Source of the DNA: a virus | Taxonomy: Duplodnaviria; Caudoviricetes | IMG/VR virus record: IMGVR_UViG_3300011434_000012 | Location: 1-41,188 of that record | Reading direction: 5' to 3' (one strand) | Length of the DNA stretch: 41,188 bases | Shown here: positions 1 through 7,552 of the stretch, one piece after another | Layout: each line of letters starts with the position of its first letter | Position numbering within the stretch: position 1 is the stretch's first letter | Notes under the pieces: generated by a model | Told to the model about the DNA's origin: nothing | The model's database searches: none | What the model saw: only the letters and a program-made list of their open reading frames with translations | Position numbers and translations under genes: made by a program

Positions 1-240
1 GAGCGCCGAGAGCGCCGCGTTGAGCGCCGAGAGCGCCGAGAGCGCCGCGTTGAGCGCCGAGAGCGCCGAGAGCGCCGCGAGGAGCGCCGAGAGCGCCGAG
101 AGCGCCGCGTTGAGCGCCGAGAGCGCCGAGAGCGCCGCGTTGAGCGCCGAGAGCGCCGAGAGCGCCGCGAGGAGCGCCGAGAGCGCCGAGAGCGCCGCGA
201 GGAGCGCCGCGTGGAGCGCCTCGTTGAGCGCCCAGAGCGC
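1..240 (+). repeat. Coding minisatellite of AGCGCCGAG and AGCGCCGCG-(TTG/AGG/TGG) units; 1-90 = 91-180
   Basis: Directly visible 9/12-nt units grouped into 30-nt and 90-nt higher-order repeats. Confidence 0.97.
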
Positions 241-292
241 CGAGTTTCTCACAATGTCCAACAAGCTGATTGAACTGCTGGAGGCCGCATAA
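1..292 (+). CDS. C-terminal part of the SAE/SAAX repeat protein, continuing from 40284 across the contig junction
   Basis: Same frame as the ORF starting at 40284 once the 90-nt terminal overlap is joined; ends ...AEFLTMSNKLIELLEAA*. Confidence 0.85.
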   Translation, partial: SAESAALSAESAESAALSAESAESAARSAESAESAALSAESAESAALSAESAESAARSAESAESAARSAAWSASLSAQSAEFLTMSNKLIELLEAA

Positions 293-296
293 TCCC

Positions 297-611
297 ATGT
301 TTACCCAACACAACGCATCGGCCTACATCCAAGATGCCGCCGAGCGTGCCCGCCATACCAGCGAAGCGGAGGCACGAGCCGCCATCGTCGCGCATCAGAA
401 AGCCCAGCTCGCCGAAGCCGAGAAGCTCTACCTAGCCGCCGTGACAGCGGGAAACTATCCGGCCGCTGAAGATCAAGCCAAGCGCTGCAACAGGATACGC
501 ACGGCGCTCGTGCTGTCTGGCGCGATGGTGGGTGTGTACGAAGCTGATCGGATTGCGAGGGAGCAAGAAGATCGAGACACACGCCCTTGGACGACGGGGA
601 CCCCGTCATGA
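297..611 (+). CDS. hypothetical protein
   Basis: ATG at 297 after GGAGG; ATGA coupling to the next gene. Confidence 0.7.
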   Translation: MFTQHNASAYIQDAAERARHTSEAEARAAIVAHQKAQLAEAEKLYLAAVTAGNYPAAEDQAKRCNRIRTALVLSGAMVGVYEADRIAREQEDRDTRPWTTGTPS

Positions 612-874
612 GCGAGGCACGCAAGCGCGGGATTAAGAACAATGCCGACCGCGCGTGCCGAAAGACCCGTGCCTTCGTGCTTCGGAACGATTGTCGGGCT
701 CAGCATCTACGGAGCGGCGGTGACTATGCCGGTGGTGCCGTGACCGCTATCGCAACATTCCTCACGGTGTTCACGGACGGCGTGCCGGTGCTGTTGGTCA
801 TGATTGCGATGATCTGCGACACAGCGATCATCCTGACCGCGCTTGCAATGGGAGTGACGCCGTGGTGCGCGTAG
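608..874 (+). CDS. hypothetical membrane protein
   Basis: ATGA overlap; two C-terminal hydrophobic segments. Confidence 0.6.
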   Translation: MSEARKRGIKNNADRACRKTRAFVLRNDCRAQHLRSGGDYAGGAVTAIATFLTVFTDGVPVLLVMIAMICDTAIILTALAMGVTPWCA

Positions 875-1203
875 TCAGAACCGCCCTCTCGCAACGGCAG
901 AAGGCGCTCATTTTTGAGCGCCAGCTCGGCCTTTGCGCCGTCGAGACATGCCGGGAGAAGATCGACGGCGGCAAATTCGAGGACGACCACTGGACGCCGC
1001 TGCATCTCGGCGGAACGAACGAGCTGAGCAACCGCAGGCTCATATGTATTCCGTGTCATCGCGCTAAGACGATAGCAGAAAACAAGCTCAACGCGAAAGT
1101 CAAACGCATCCGATATGGACGCACGCGCAAAGGCCCACCGATGGCGGGATCGAGGAAATCGGCTTGGACGAAATTAATGTCTGGGGAGGTTGTGAGGAGA
1201 TGA
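862..1203 (+). CDS. HNH endonuclease
   Basis: C-x4-C...EDDHWTPLHLGGTNELSNRRLICIPCH motif. Confidence 0.85.
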   Translation: MVRVVRTALSQRQKALIFERQLGLCAVETCREKIDGGKFEDDHWTPLHLGGTNELSNRRLICIPCHRAKTIAENKLNAKVKRIRYGRTRKGPPMAGSRKSAWTKLMSGEVVRR

Positions 1204-1658
1204 GCAGCCTGCCGACACCCGACTCCGTTCTCTACGACTGGCACACGCGCGCGATGCGTGGCGAGAAACAGCCGGTCTACGAATCGGAACCACAATGCGG
1301 CTGGTATGTCCGATCGTACTCCTATCGCGGGCTTCTCTATCCAGCGATGATCTTCATGGGTCGGGAGATTTGCGAAGAGACGGGCGAGCTTCTGTCGGAT
1401 GAAACGCTGCGCTGTGTCGTGGCGCGGCCCGAAGATGGTTGGCCCTCAGTCGCGGGGCATGAAGTTGATCCTATGGAAGAGTGGACCTACCTCGCGCGGA
1501 TGCCGATTTCAAAGAGTGAGTACACGGCGTTGATGACGCAAATTCTATTCTCGCACAAATACATCGGGCCGTCTCGGCCTTTTGTACGCTGGTTTGACGA
1601 GCGCGAACAGGCAGCGGATTTTCTCCGCTATGAAGGAGCGATGGCAAATGCAGTCTGA
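1200..1658 (+). CDS. phage hypothetical protein
   Basis: ATGA overlap with HNH and an RBS; EPQCGWY motif, upstream of the recombination gene. Confidence 0.7.
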   Translation: MSSLPTPDSVLYDWHTRAMRGEKQPVYESEPQCGWYVRSYSYRGLLYPAMIFMGREICEETGELLSDETLRCVVARPEDGWPSVAGHEVDPMEEWTYLARMPISKSEYTALMTQILFSHKYIGPSRPFVRWFDEREQAADFLRYEGAMANAV

Positions 1659-2304
1659 ACAGATCGATCAACTCGCCAAGGCTCTTGCCGCCGCTCAAGG
1701 CGCAATGAAGTCCGCCGCGAAGGACGTTGAGAATACGTTTTACAAATCCAGCTACGCGGACCTTGCCGCCTGCATGGCCGCATGTCGCGAACCGCTGTCC
1801 AAGAACGGTCTTGCGATCATCCAGACCACGCAATACGAAGGCGAGCAGACATGGCTTGAGACAACGCTCGCGCATTCGTCGGGCCAGTGGATGCGATCGC
1901 GCTACCCGGTGCGGCCGATCAAGAACGACCCGCAGGGCGTCGGCTCTGCGCTCACCTACGCGCGCCGGTATGCGCTCATGTCGATGGTTGGTGTTGTCGC
2001 ATCCGACGATGACGACGGCGAGGCCGCCGTTGGCCGCACGAATGGCAACGGTCACGCGAAGGCCGCAGAGCCCTCCAAACGGCCCTCAGGGACCAATCCC
2101 GATGACGCCGCAAAGAAGTGGGCATTAGACGCGGAAATCGCCGTGCGCGCCTGTGGAACGCTGACCGAGCTTCGCACGTGGGAATCGAAGAACGACACGG
2201 CGCTGCAAAAGCTGTCGAAGGTGGACACAGCGCTTTTCGATGGCGTGATGGGCGTGCTTGCCGACTCCTATGAGCGGGTGACCACGGCAACGATGAGTGC
2301 GTGA
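1648..2304 (+). CDS. erf: ERF-family single-strand annealing protein
   Basis: LAKALAAAQ...YKSSYADL...LAHSSGQW...PQGVGSALTYARRYAL...DDDDG signature. Confidence 0.92.
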   Translation: MQSEQIDQLAKALAAAQGAMKSAAKDVENTFYKSSYADLAACMAACREPLSKNGLAIIQTTQYEGEQTWLETTLAHSSGQWMRSRYPVRPIKNDPQGVGSALTYARRYALMSMVGVVASDDDDGEAAVGRTNGNGHAKAAEPSKRPSGTNPDDAAKKWALDAEIAVRACGTLTELRTWESKNDTALQKLSKVDTALFDGVMGVLADSYERVTTATMSA

Positions 2305-2581
2305 GATGGATCAAGCCCGCCTTATCGTCATGCACAAATGCGACAATCCGAAGTGCGTGAACCCAGATCTTCTGGTCGCTGGAACGCAGCGGGGCAACAT
2401 GGCCGACATGAAGGCCAAGGGCCGCGCCGGCCGCCCCACAAGCCAGCTTAGCGACGACGACATAAGGGCGATACGCGCGGATCGCGTGAGCAAGGGTGGC
2501 GACTTGGCGCGAAGGTACAACGTGGTTCAGTCCATAATCAGCTCGATACGCAGTGGTAAGACATGGAGCGGCGTAACATGA
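2297..2581 (+). CDS. short, probably N-terminally truncated HNH_3-type homing endonuclease with C-terminal HTH
   Basis: VMHKCDNPKCVNPDLL.GT...N..DM..KGR followed by an HTH (LARRYNVVQSIISSIRSGKTW). Confidence 0.7.
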   Translation: MREMDQARLIVMHKCDNPKCVNPDLLVAGTQRGNMADMKAKGRAGRPTSQLSDDDIRAIRADRVSKGGDLARRYNVVQSIISSIRSGKTWSGVT

Positions 2582-2997
2582 CGACGTTCTGGGTTGAAAG
2601 AATGGCCGGCGCATTGCGTCCGGTGGACGACGAAAGCCTTGAGGAGTTCTCAAAACTCCCCGTCGGGAAACCCCTTGAGGTTACTGTCCGCCAGCCTCGT
2701 AACGCTGCCCACCACCGACTGTTCTTCGCCCTTTGTGCGAGGATCGCCAACGCGCGGGGCGTGACGACCGAAGCAGTCGCTGACGTTCTAAAAATTGCAA
2801 CAGGGCATGTGGTTACAATCGACACAAAGAAATACGGGCGCATCTTAGTCCCGAAGTCGATCAGCTTCGCCAGCCTTGACCAAACCGCCTTCCGAGATTT
2901 CTTCGAGCGCTGTGCCGCCGTGATTTACGAGGAATGGCTGATAGAGCCCGAGATGGTGAACGATCTGCTCGTGCCGCAAGAAAAGGCACTGACATGA
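2578..2997 (+). CDS. DUF1367/NinB-like recombination-associated protein
   Basis: PRNAAHHRLFFAL...LKIATGH...PKSISFASLDQTAF motif. Confidence 0.8.
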   Translation: MTTFWVERMAGALRPVDDESLEEFSKLPVGKPLEVTVRQPRNAAHHRLFFALCARIANARGVTTEAVADVLKIATGHVVTIDTKKYGRILVPKSISFASLDQTAFRDFFERCAAVIYEEWLIEPEMVNDLLVPQEKALT

Positions 2998-3395
2998 CCC
3001 CCCCGTCCCCACCTGGAGAGAGCGATAGGATGAGCGACGAATGGCGGATCGGGCAGGAAGGCCGGTTGGTGCCGCTAGAGCGCTCACCGAAAGCATCACA
3101 AAACGATCCTTCCAGTGAGCGAGATATATCTGACTGGCCGCTGAGCAAGGACTGTCGGCACCCATCGTGCGAAACGTGCGAAGAGAACTATCGCGCCCTT
3201 GAGAGGAGGTTGGCTGAAGCGTTCGAGAGCGTGAGGGAACGATGCGTTGGCATAGCGCAGGCGGTGGCAACGGAGATGGACACCAAGGCAACGAACGAAC
3301 CCGAACAAAGCTTAGCCACCAAATACCAACACCGCGCAGCGGGCGCGGCAATTGTCAGAGACCGCATTCGCTCCCTCCAAGAGGATGCAGGCTAA
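2994..3395 (+). CDS. hypothetical protein
   Basis: ATGA coupling in the early operon. Confidence 0.55.
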   Translation: MTPPSPPGESDRMSDEWRIGQEGRLVPLERSPKASQNDPSSERDISDWPLSKDCRHPSCETCEENYRALERRLAEAFESVRERCVGIAQAVATEMDTKATNEPEQSLATKYQHRAAGAAIVRDRIRSLQEDAG

Positions 3396-3505
3396 TGGGC
3401 GCGATGTTCAGGGTCAGCTTTGTGCTTCTTCTCGTGCTCGGGGTCGTTGGCTGCATGGTGCAGCTTGATCAAGAGATGCAGCGTTTAGACAGAGCATTCC
3501 CATGA
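3395..3505 (+). CDS. 36-aa membrane protein or lipoprotein
   Basis: TAATG overlap; hydrophobic stretch ending in lipobox-like VVGC. Confidence 0.5.
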   Translation: MGAMFRVSFVLLLVLGVVGCMVQLDQEMQRLDRAFP

Positions 3506-3681
3506 CCCAGCGCACGCATACAGACGGCAAGCCATTTTACTGCATCGTCTGCGGGCTCGGGTGGAACGAGTACCAAGCCTGCGAGGAGGTCGTTTGCGAG
3601 CTTGAAACTGAGGCGGCAGCCAAAGCGCGCGGTGACGTTGAGCAAGCCGCGAGGCGCGAGACGAACGATCAAGCGACGTAG
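3502..3681 (+). CDS. small Cys-rich protein (59 aa, below the ORF-track cutoff)
   Basis: ATGA overlap; MTQRTHTDGKPFYCIVCGLGWNEYQACEEVVC... Confidence 0.6.
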   Translation: MTQRTHTDGKPFYCIVCGLGWNEYQACEEVVCELETEAAAKARGDVEQAARRETNDQAT

Positions 3682-3693
3682 GAACCAAAACCA

Positions 3694-4002
3694 ATGCCTA
3701 ACGACACCCCCACAAGAGCAGAACTGGCGATGCGGTTGGATCAACTCGCGAACAGCGAGCAGTTCAAAGCTGAGCATTGCGACGGGCTCGCGCTCACATA
3801 TCCGCGCCGAGCTGTCGCGCATAAGGATGTGGCAACGCAACACCGAAAGATGGCCGCTTCGTTCAGAGAGGCCGCCGCTTCCCTTCGCCTCGCGGACGCA
3901 GAGATCGCCAAGCTCAAAGACCAAGCCGCCCGCGTGCGGAATGAGGCGATATCGGAAATCGCATACCGCGCTCGCGCCCTCAAGTCCCAAGGAGACGGGT
4001 GA
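3694..4002 (+). CDS. hypothetical protein
   Basis: Operon context, AGGA upstream. Confidence 0.6.
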   Translation: MPNDTPTRAELAMRLDQLANSEQFKAEHCDGLALTYPRRAVAHKDVATQHRKMAASFREAAASLRLADAEIAKLKDQAARVRNEAISEIAYRARALKSQGDG

Positions 4003-4274
4003 TGCCCCCGCTAAATCCAATTAATCTTGACCGCACATTTTCACTTGATGAAATGAACGAATTAGTAGACGAAATAGACGCCCTCCGCGCCGAGCGCGAC
4101 TCTCTCGCCGCACAACTTGCTGTGGCGCGCGAGGCGCTGAAGGAAATCGACGCGCTCTATATACATCGTAAGACCTACGTCGGTGATGTCAGGCGCATCG
4201 CCAAGGCCGCCCTCTCCAAGCTCGGAGGCGGGGTGATGACCACCTCCCTCCCCAGGGCTGTGGAGGCGCGATGA
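4002..4274 (+). CDS. hypothetical coiled-coil protein
   Basis: TGATG and ATGA coupling on either side. Confidence 0.6.
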   Translation: MPPLNPINLDRTFSLDEMNELVDEIDALRAERDSLAAQLAVAREALKEIDALYIHRKTYVGDVRRIAKAALSKLGGGVMTTSLPRAVEAR

Positions 4275-4609
4275 CCAGGGCGGCGTTCCGGCCGGCTGAA
4301 GTCGCGGCACGCTGGGCATGTTCACGCACACATATTTTCAACCTAATCCGCCGCGGGGAGTTGCCAGCCTTCAAGATCGGTGGGCTCTATCGCATCCGGG
4401 TCGAGGACGTGGAGCGGGCCGAGGGGTGCGTCTCAAGCTCTATCGGGGAAAGTGGGCCGTCGTCGGCTACGAAGGCGGGCGGGTCTGGCGCCGTTCGCTC
4501 CGCACCGACGATCGTGCCGTTGCCGAAAGGCGCTTCCGCGACCTCAAATTCGAGGCACCTGGGGACTCGGTCGCGGATGCCGTCGAGCTCTACCTCGACG
4601 AGAAGGTGA
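4271..4609 (+). CDS. xis: excisionase-like HTH (HTH_17/MerR-like)
   Basis: FRPAEVAARWACSRTHIFNLIRRGELPAFKIGGLYRI; immediately upstream of and overlapping int. Confidence 0.8.
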   Translation: MTRAAFRPAEVAARWACSRTHIFNLIRRGELPAFKIGGLYRIRVEDVERAEGCVSSSIGESGPSSATKAGGSGAVRSAPTIVPLPKGASATSNSRHLGTRSRMPSSSTSTRR

Positions 4610-5373
4610 ACGCGGCGTCCTATCCTTCGATGGTCACATGCTGGCGTGCGCTGAAGCCGACCTTCGGCCACCTGCGCCCCGACCAAATCGACCGGAAATT
4701 ATGCAGATCCTATGCGCAGACGCGCCGCCGCGGTGGCGTCCAGGACGGGACCATCATCAAGGATCTGGCGTTCCTAAAAGCGGCACTCCGCTTTGTCGGT
4801 AAGCCCGGCGCCGTGTTCGACATGCCACCGCAGCCGCAGCCGAGGGACCGCTTCATCACGCGCGAAGAGTGCCAGCGCCTCGCCGATGCGTGCAAGCTGC
4901 CGCATATGCGCCTGTTCGTCATCCTCGCGTGGTCGACTGCTGCGCGTCACACGGCGCTCTTAGAGCTCACATGGGACCGCGTCGACCTCGATCGCGGGGT
5001 TATCAAGCTCGCCAAGACGGGCCAGGACGGGCGCAAGGGGCGCGCGACCGTGCCCATCAACGCTTGGGCAGAAGCCGCCCTGCGCGAAGCCTACGAAGCG
5101 CGCACGACAGATTTCGTGATCGAGTGGGGAGGGAACACCGAGCCGCTGGGGAGCGTGGGCACGGCGTTCGAAGCCGCGGCCGCGCGAGCAAAGCTCAAGG
5201 GCGTGACGCCGCACGTCCTGCGTCATAGCGCAGCGCGGGCGATGGCGGAAGCGGGGGTTCCGATGTGGGAAATCGCGGCCTATCTCGGGCACACGTCGAG
5301 CAAGGTCACGGAACGGGTCTATGCGAAGTTCAGCCCCACCTACCTGCGCAAGGCCGCGAAGGCGCTCGAATAA
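4426..5373 (+). CDS. int: tyrosine recombinase (phage integrase)
   Basis: Catalytic R (TAARH), HVLRH, LGH and Y (RVY); probable GTG start at 4426. Confidence 0.95.
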   Translation: MRLKLYRGKWAVVGYEGGRVWRRSLRTDDRAVAERRFRDLKFEAPGDSVADAVELYLDEKVNAASYPSMVTCWRALKPTFGHLRPDQIDRKLCRSYAQTRRRGGVQDGTIIKDLAFLKAALRFVGKPGAVFDMPPQPQPRDRFITREECQRLADACKLPHMRLFVILAWSTAARHTALLELTWDRVDLDRGVIKLAKTGQDGRKGRATVPINAWAEAALREAYEARTTDFVIEWGGNTEPLGSVGTAFEAAAARAKLKGVTPHVLRHSAARAMAEAGVPMWEIAAYLGHTSSKVTERVYAKFSPTYLRKAAKALE

Positions 5374-5514
5374 TTATTTTCGGCCCGCGATCCTTCGACA
5401 AAACGCATGTCGCCGCGCGAGATCGGCGCATCAAATGCCGATGCCGCCTATGTCAATAGCGCCACGTTCAGCAATCCGATGCAGCATTATCAATGCTTTT
5501 CGAGCGTCGCGCGC

Positions 5515-5539
5515 AACTGTCCGCAAAAATCGGACAGTT
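5515..5539. promoter_or_regulatory. perfect 9-bp inverted repeat, candidate operator
   Basis: AACTGTCCG-caaaaat-CGGACAGTT upstream of the 5630 gene. Confidence 0.45.
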
Positions 5540-5559
5540 CGATTTGCTAAACTTGTCCT

Positions 5560-5613
5560 GTCGGCTGGCAGTCAGACCGACGCCGGGGCTGGAACCCCGG
5601 CGCTCTTTGACAT
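5560..5613 (+). promoter_or_regulatory. two-hairpin structured leader resembling c4-a1b1-type antisense targets
   Basis: GTCGG-CTG..CAG-A-CCGAC hairpin, then CGCCGGGG-CTGGAA-CCCCGGCG, then CTTTGACAT just before the RBS. Confidence 0.4.
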
Positions 5614-5629
5614 CGATAGGAGAATGAAG

Positions 5630-6013
5630 ATGCAGCGTAACACCGCGCTTAAGAAACTCAATGCGCTTTTGGGGAAGTCGGCCGGCTATCGGGTCAACGA
5701 CCGAGCCCCAACGCCAGAGGAGAGGTCGGCGGCCAGGGCGGAGTTGCCAGCCGCCATCGCCGAGCGGGACAGATTGAGGGCGGCGAGGGAAGCAAGGCGC
5801 GAGGCGGTTCTAGGGGCCGACCCAGAGTATCAATCGCTGACGGCTGCGCAGGGCGAGGCCAGTAAACGAGCCATGCGTCTATCAGAGACGACACGCCTCT
5901 ACAGGATTACCGTTGGTAAAACGGTCGGCGGACTGTTCTTCTTAGTCATGGCCGAGGCTGATTCCTGGGAAGAGATCTTTGCGAAGCTCACCAAGAAGAA
6001 AGAGGCCGCATAA
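5630..6013 (+). CDS. stand-alone hypothetical protein between int and attP
   Basis: AGGAGA RBS just before ATGs at 5624/5630; own terminator. Confidence 0.8.
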   Translation: MQRNTALKKLNALLGKSAGYRVNDRAPTPEERSAARAELPAAIAERDRLRAAREARREAVLGADPEYQSLTAAQGEASKRAMRLSETTRLYRITVGKTVGGLFFLVMAEADSWEEIFAKLTKKKEAA

Positions 6014-6018
6014 CGCAT

Positions 6019-6049
6019 GAAAGCCCCGGCTGGCCGGGGCTTTCGTTTT
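6019..6049 (+). terminator. rho-independent terminator
   Basis: GAAAGCCCCGGC-TG-GCCGGGGCTTTC-GTTTT. Confidence 0.85.
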
Positions 6050-6126
6050 AGGGGTTGCCCGCTCGTGCAGATGCGACACCGCGCCGTGAACAGACCAAGC
6101 CTGTTCGCTCATTGTTTACGGTGCAA

Positions 6127-6139
6127 TATCAACGCTTTG
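6127..6139 (+). promoter_or_regulatory. IHF-binding site in the attP arm
   Basis: TATCAA-CGCT-TTG matches WATCAANNNNTTR, ~25 nt from the att core. Confidence 0.6.
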
Positions 6140-6161
6140 GCGGGATTTCTGCGGCTCCGCT

Positions 6162-6209
6162 CCCTTGGTAAGGGGTAGGTCGACAGTTCAATTCTGTCCT
6201 GCGGCACCA
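6162..6209 (+). other. attP core: 3' half of tRNA-Thr(GGT)
   Basis: Anticodon loop TTGGTAA, T-arm GACAG-TTCAATT-CTGTC, acceptor 3' strand CTGCGGC-A-CCA; no D-arm or 5' acceptor strand upstream; near int. Confidence 0.9.
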
Positions 6210-6268
6210 TTTATTTCAATGCCTTTAGGAGAAGTTTAGGGGTTGGCCGTTCGGGGTGATTGAACAGA

Positions 6269-6529
6269 TCAGGCCTCATTGTCTGTCGGGATGTGCCGCG
6301 CGGCCGGGCCAGGCGTTCCGGGTGGAACCGGCAGGCACGTCCACAGCATCGTCTCCTCTGGAGACTGGATGGCGTGGCCCTCTGGCAACATCGGTACGAT
6401 GTGCTCGCGTGTGTACCGGAGCGCTGTCGCCGCGCTGCACTCCACCCTTGCCGGGTCGATATAGAACGTGGTGGCGAGTGGCGTACCGTTCGTGAAGTAC
6501 GCGACGATGACGAGGATGGTGAGGTTCAT
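6269..6529 (-). CDS. small protein with hydrophobic N-terminus
   Basis: ATGA overlap with the DUF6378 gene; MNLTILVIVAYF. Confidence 0.6.
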   Translation of the reverse strand: MNLTILVIVAYFTNGTPLATTFYIDPARVECSAATALRYTREHIVPMLPEGHAIQSPEETMLWTCLPVPPGTPGPAARHIPTDNEA

Positions 6530-6816
6530 TTGGCTTGTCCCTTCGCAACTTCTCCAGCGCAACCGGCATATCCAGCCATGTCCACGTAATCGTCCATATT
6601 GAGCACGCCGAGCTGAGTACGGGCGACCTTCAGGAGAACCATCATATGCAGCACATCGAGCGGAGAGAGTGGCGCGGCGGGATCTGGACGTATCGCCAGG
6701 TAGGCATTCCACACTGCTGCTATGTTGGCGTGATTGCGCTCTTTCGGCCCGTGGGTGCCCTCACGATCACCAGAAACAAGCCACGCCGCCTTGGTGAGTA
6801 GGTCACCCGCTTTCAT
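6526..6816 (-). CDS. DUF6378-family protein
   Basis: LVSGDR...HG...NHANIAAVWNAYL...DVLHMMVLLKVAR...DDYVDMAGYAGC. Confidence 0.85.
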   Translation of the reverse strand: MKAGDLLTKAAWLVSGDREGTHGPKERNHANIAAVWNAYLAIRPDPAAPLSPLDVLHMMVLLKVARTQLGVLNMDDYVDMAGYAGCAGEVAKGQAK

Positions 6817-7069
6817 GGCCGCTCCTGATGACGTGCTTATGAAAGATGATCGCGGCGATGCAGCCGAGGCTCGCTCCGGCCCCTATGGGAAGAATGATCC
6901 AGCCCCATCCGGCGCTGGCAACGGCTGCGACGGTGTAGACCTCACAAGCGGCCATGGCGAAAGAGATGGGCGCGATCCAGATGTAATTAGCGTGGGCGAC
7001 GTTGAGCTGCTGTGTCGCCTTGAGCCACACGAAGACGAACGACGCGAAGAAGGCTAGCGCGTACATCAT
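6803..7069 (-). CDS. small membrane protein with three predicted TM segments
   Basis: Three hydrophobic segments, tight operon packing. Confidence 0.75.
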   Translation of the reverse strand: MMYALAFFASFVFVWLKATQQLNVAHANYIWIAPISFAMAACEVYTVAAVASAGWGWIILPIGAGASLGCIAAIIFHKHVIRSGHESG

Positions 7070-7552
7070 CTAGCGCGGTTGCTCGCTCTTGACATCGCCG
7101 CCGATGTACTTCCGCCAATAGGTCGCATTCTTGACGGACCACGGTTTGCGCGGCTCGAATATCTCGTAGCCTGCCGCGATCAGGTTGTTCGCTGAATGCT
7201 GGTTCTGGATCGTGTCTGTGATCGTCCACTGCCAGCCGCGCCGCCGTGCGCCAGATTCGCGAACGCGAATGAAGCGGCGCTGGAGTCCGTGGCCGCGATG
7301 ATCTTTGAGCACGCCACAGCGGGATAGATAGCCGGTCAGCGGGTAGTTCTGGCTTGGCTCAAGAGCGGCATAGCCAATGGGCGTATCGACGTAGAACGCA
7401 ATCCAGCACTCTGATGGGTAGTCGGACTTGACCGGGAATAGACGATCCTTGAAGTGACGATCAAACTTGGCGAGCACATCCGCGTACTCTATCGGGTCAA
7501 CGGCTCGGATACGGTAGGTGCTGTGGGCGAGGTTGTGGCCGTTGAAGATCAT
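7070..7552 (-). CDS. GNAT-family acetyltransferase
   Basis: GYLSRCGVLKDHRGHGLQRRFI (acetyl-CoA motif A), N...SANNLIAAGY. Confidence 0.88.
   Translation of the reverse strand: MIFNGHNLAHSTYRIRAVDPIEYADVLAKFDRHFKDRLFPVKSDYPSECWIAFYVDTPIGYAALEPSQNYPLTGYLSRCGVLKDHRGHGLQRRFIRVRESGARRRGWQWTITDTIQNQHSANNLIAAGYEIFEPRKPWSVKNATYWRKYIGGDVKSEQPR

Noticed and set aside
5321-5629. N-terminal extension of the 5630-6013 ORF given in the ORF track
   Set aside because: It overlaps the int end and the structured leader; the strong RBS supports a start at 5624/5630
6140-6209. Functional tRNA-Thr gene
   Set aside because: No D-arm and no 5' acceptor strand complementary to CTGCGGC; only the 3' half is present, as expected for attP
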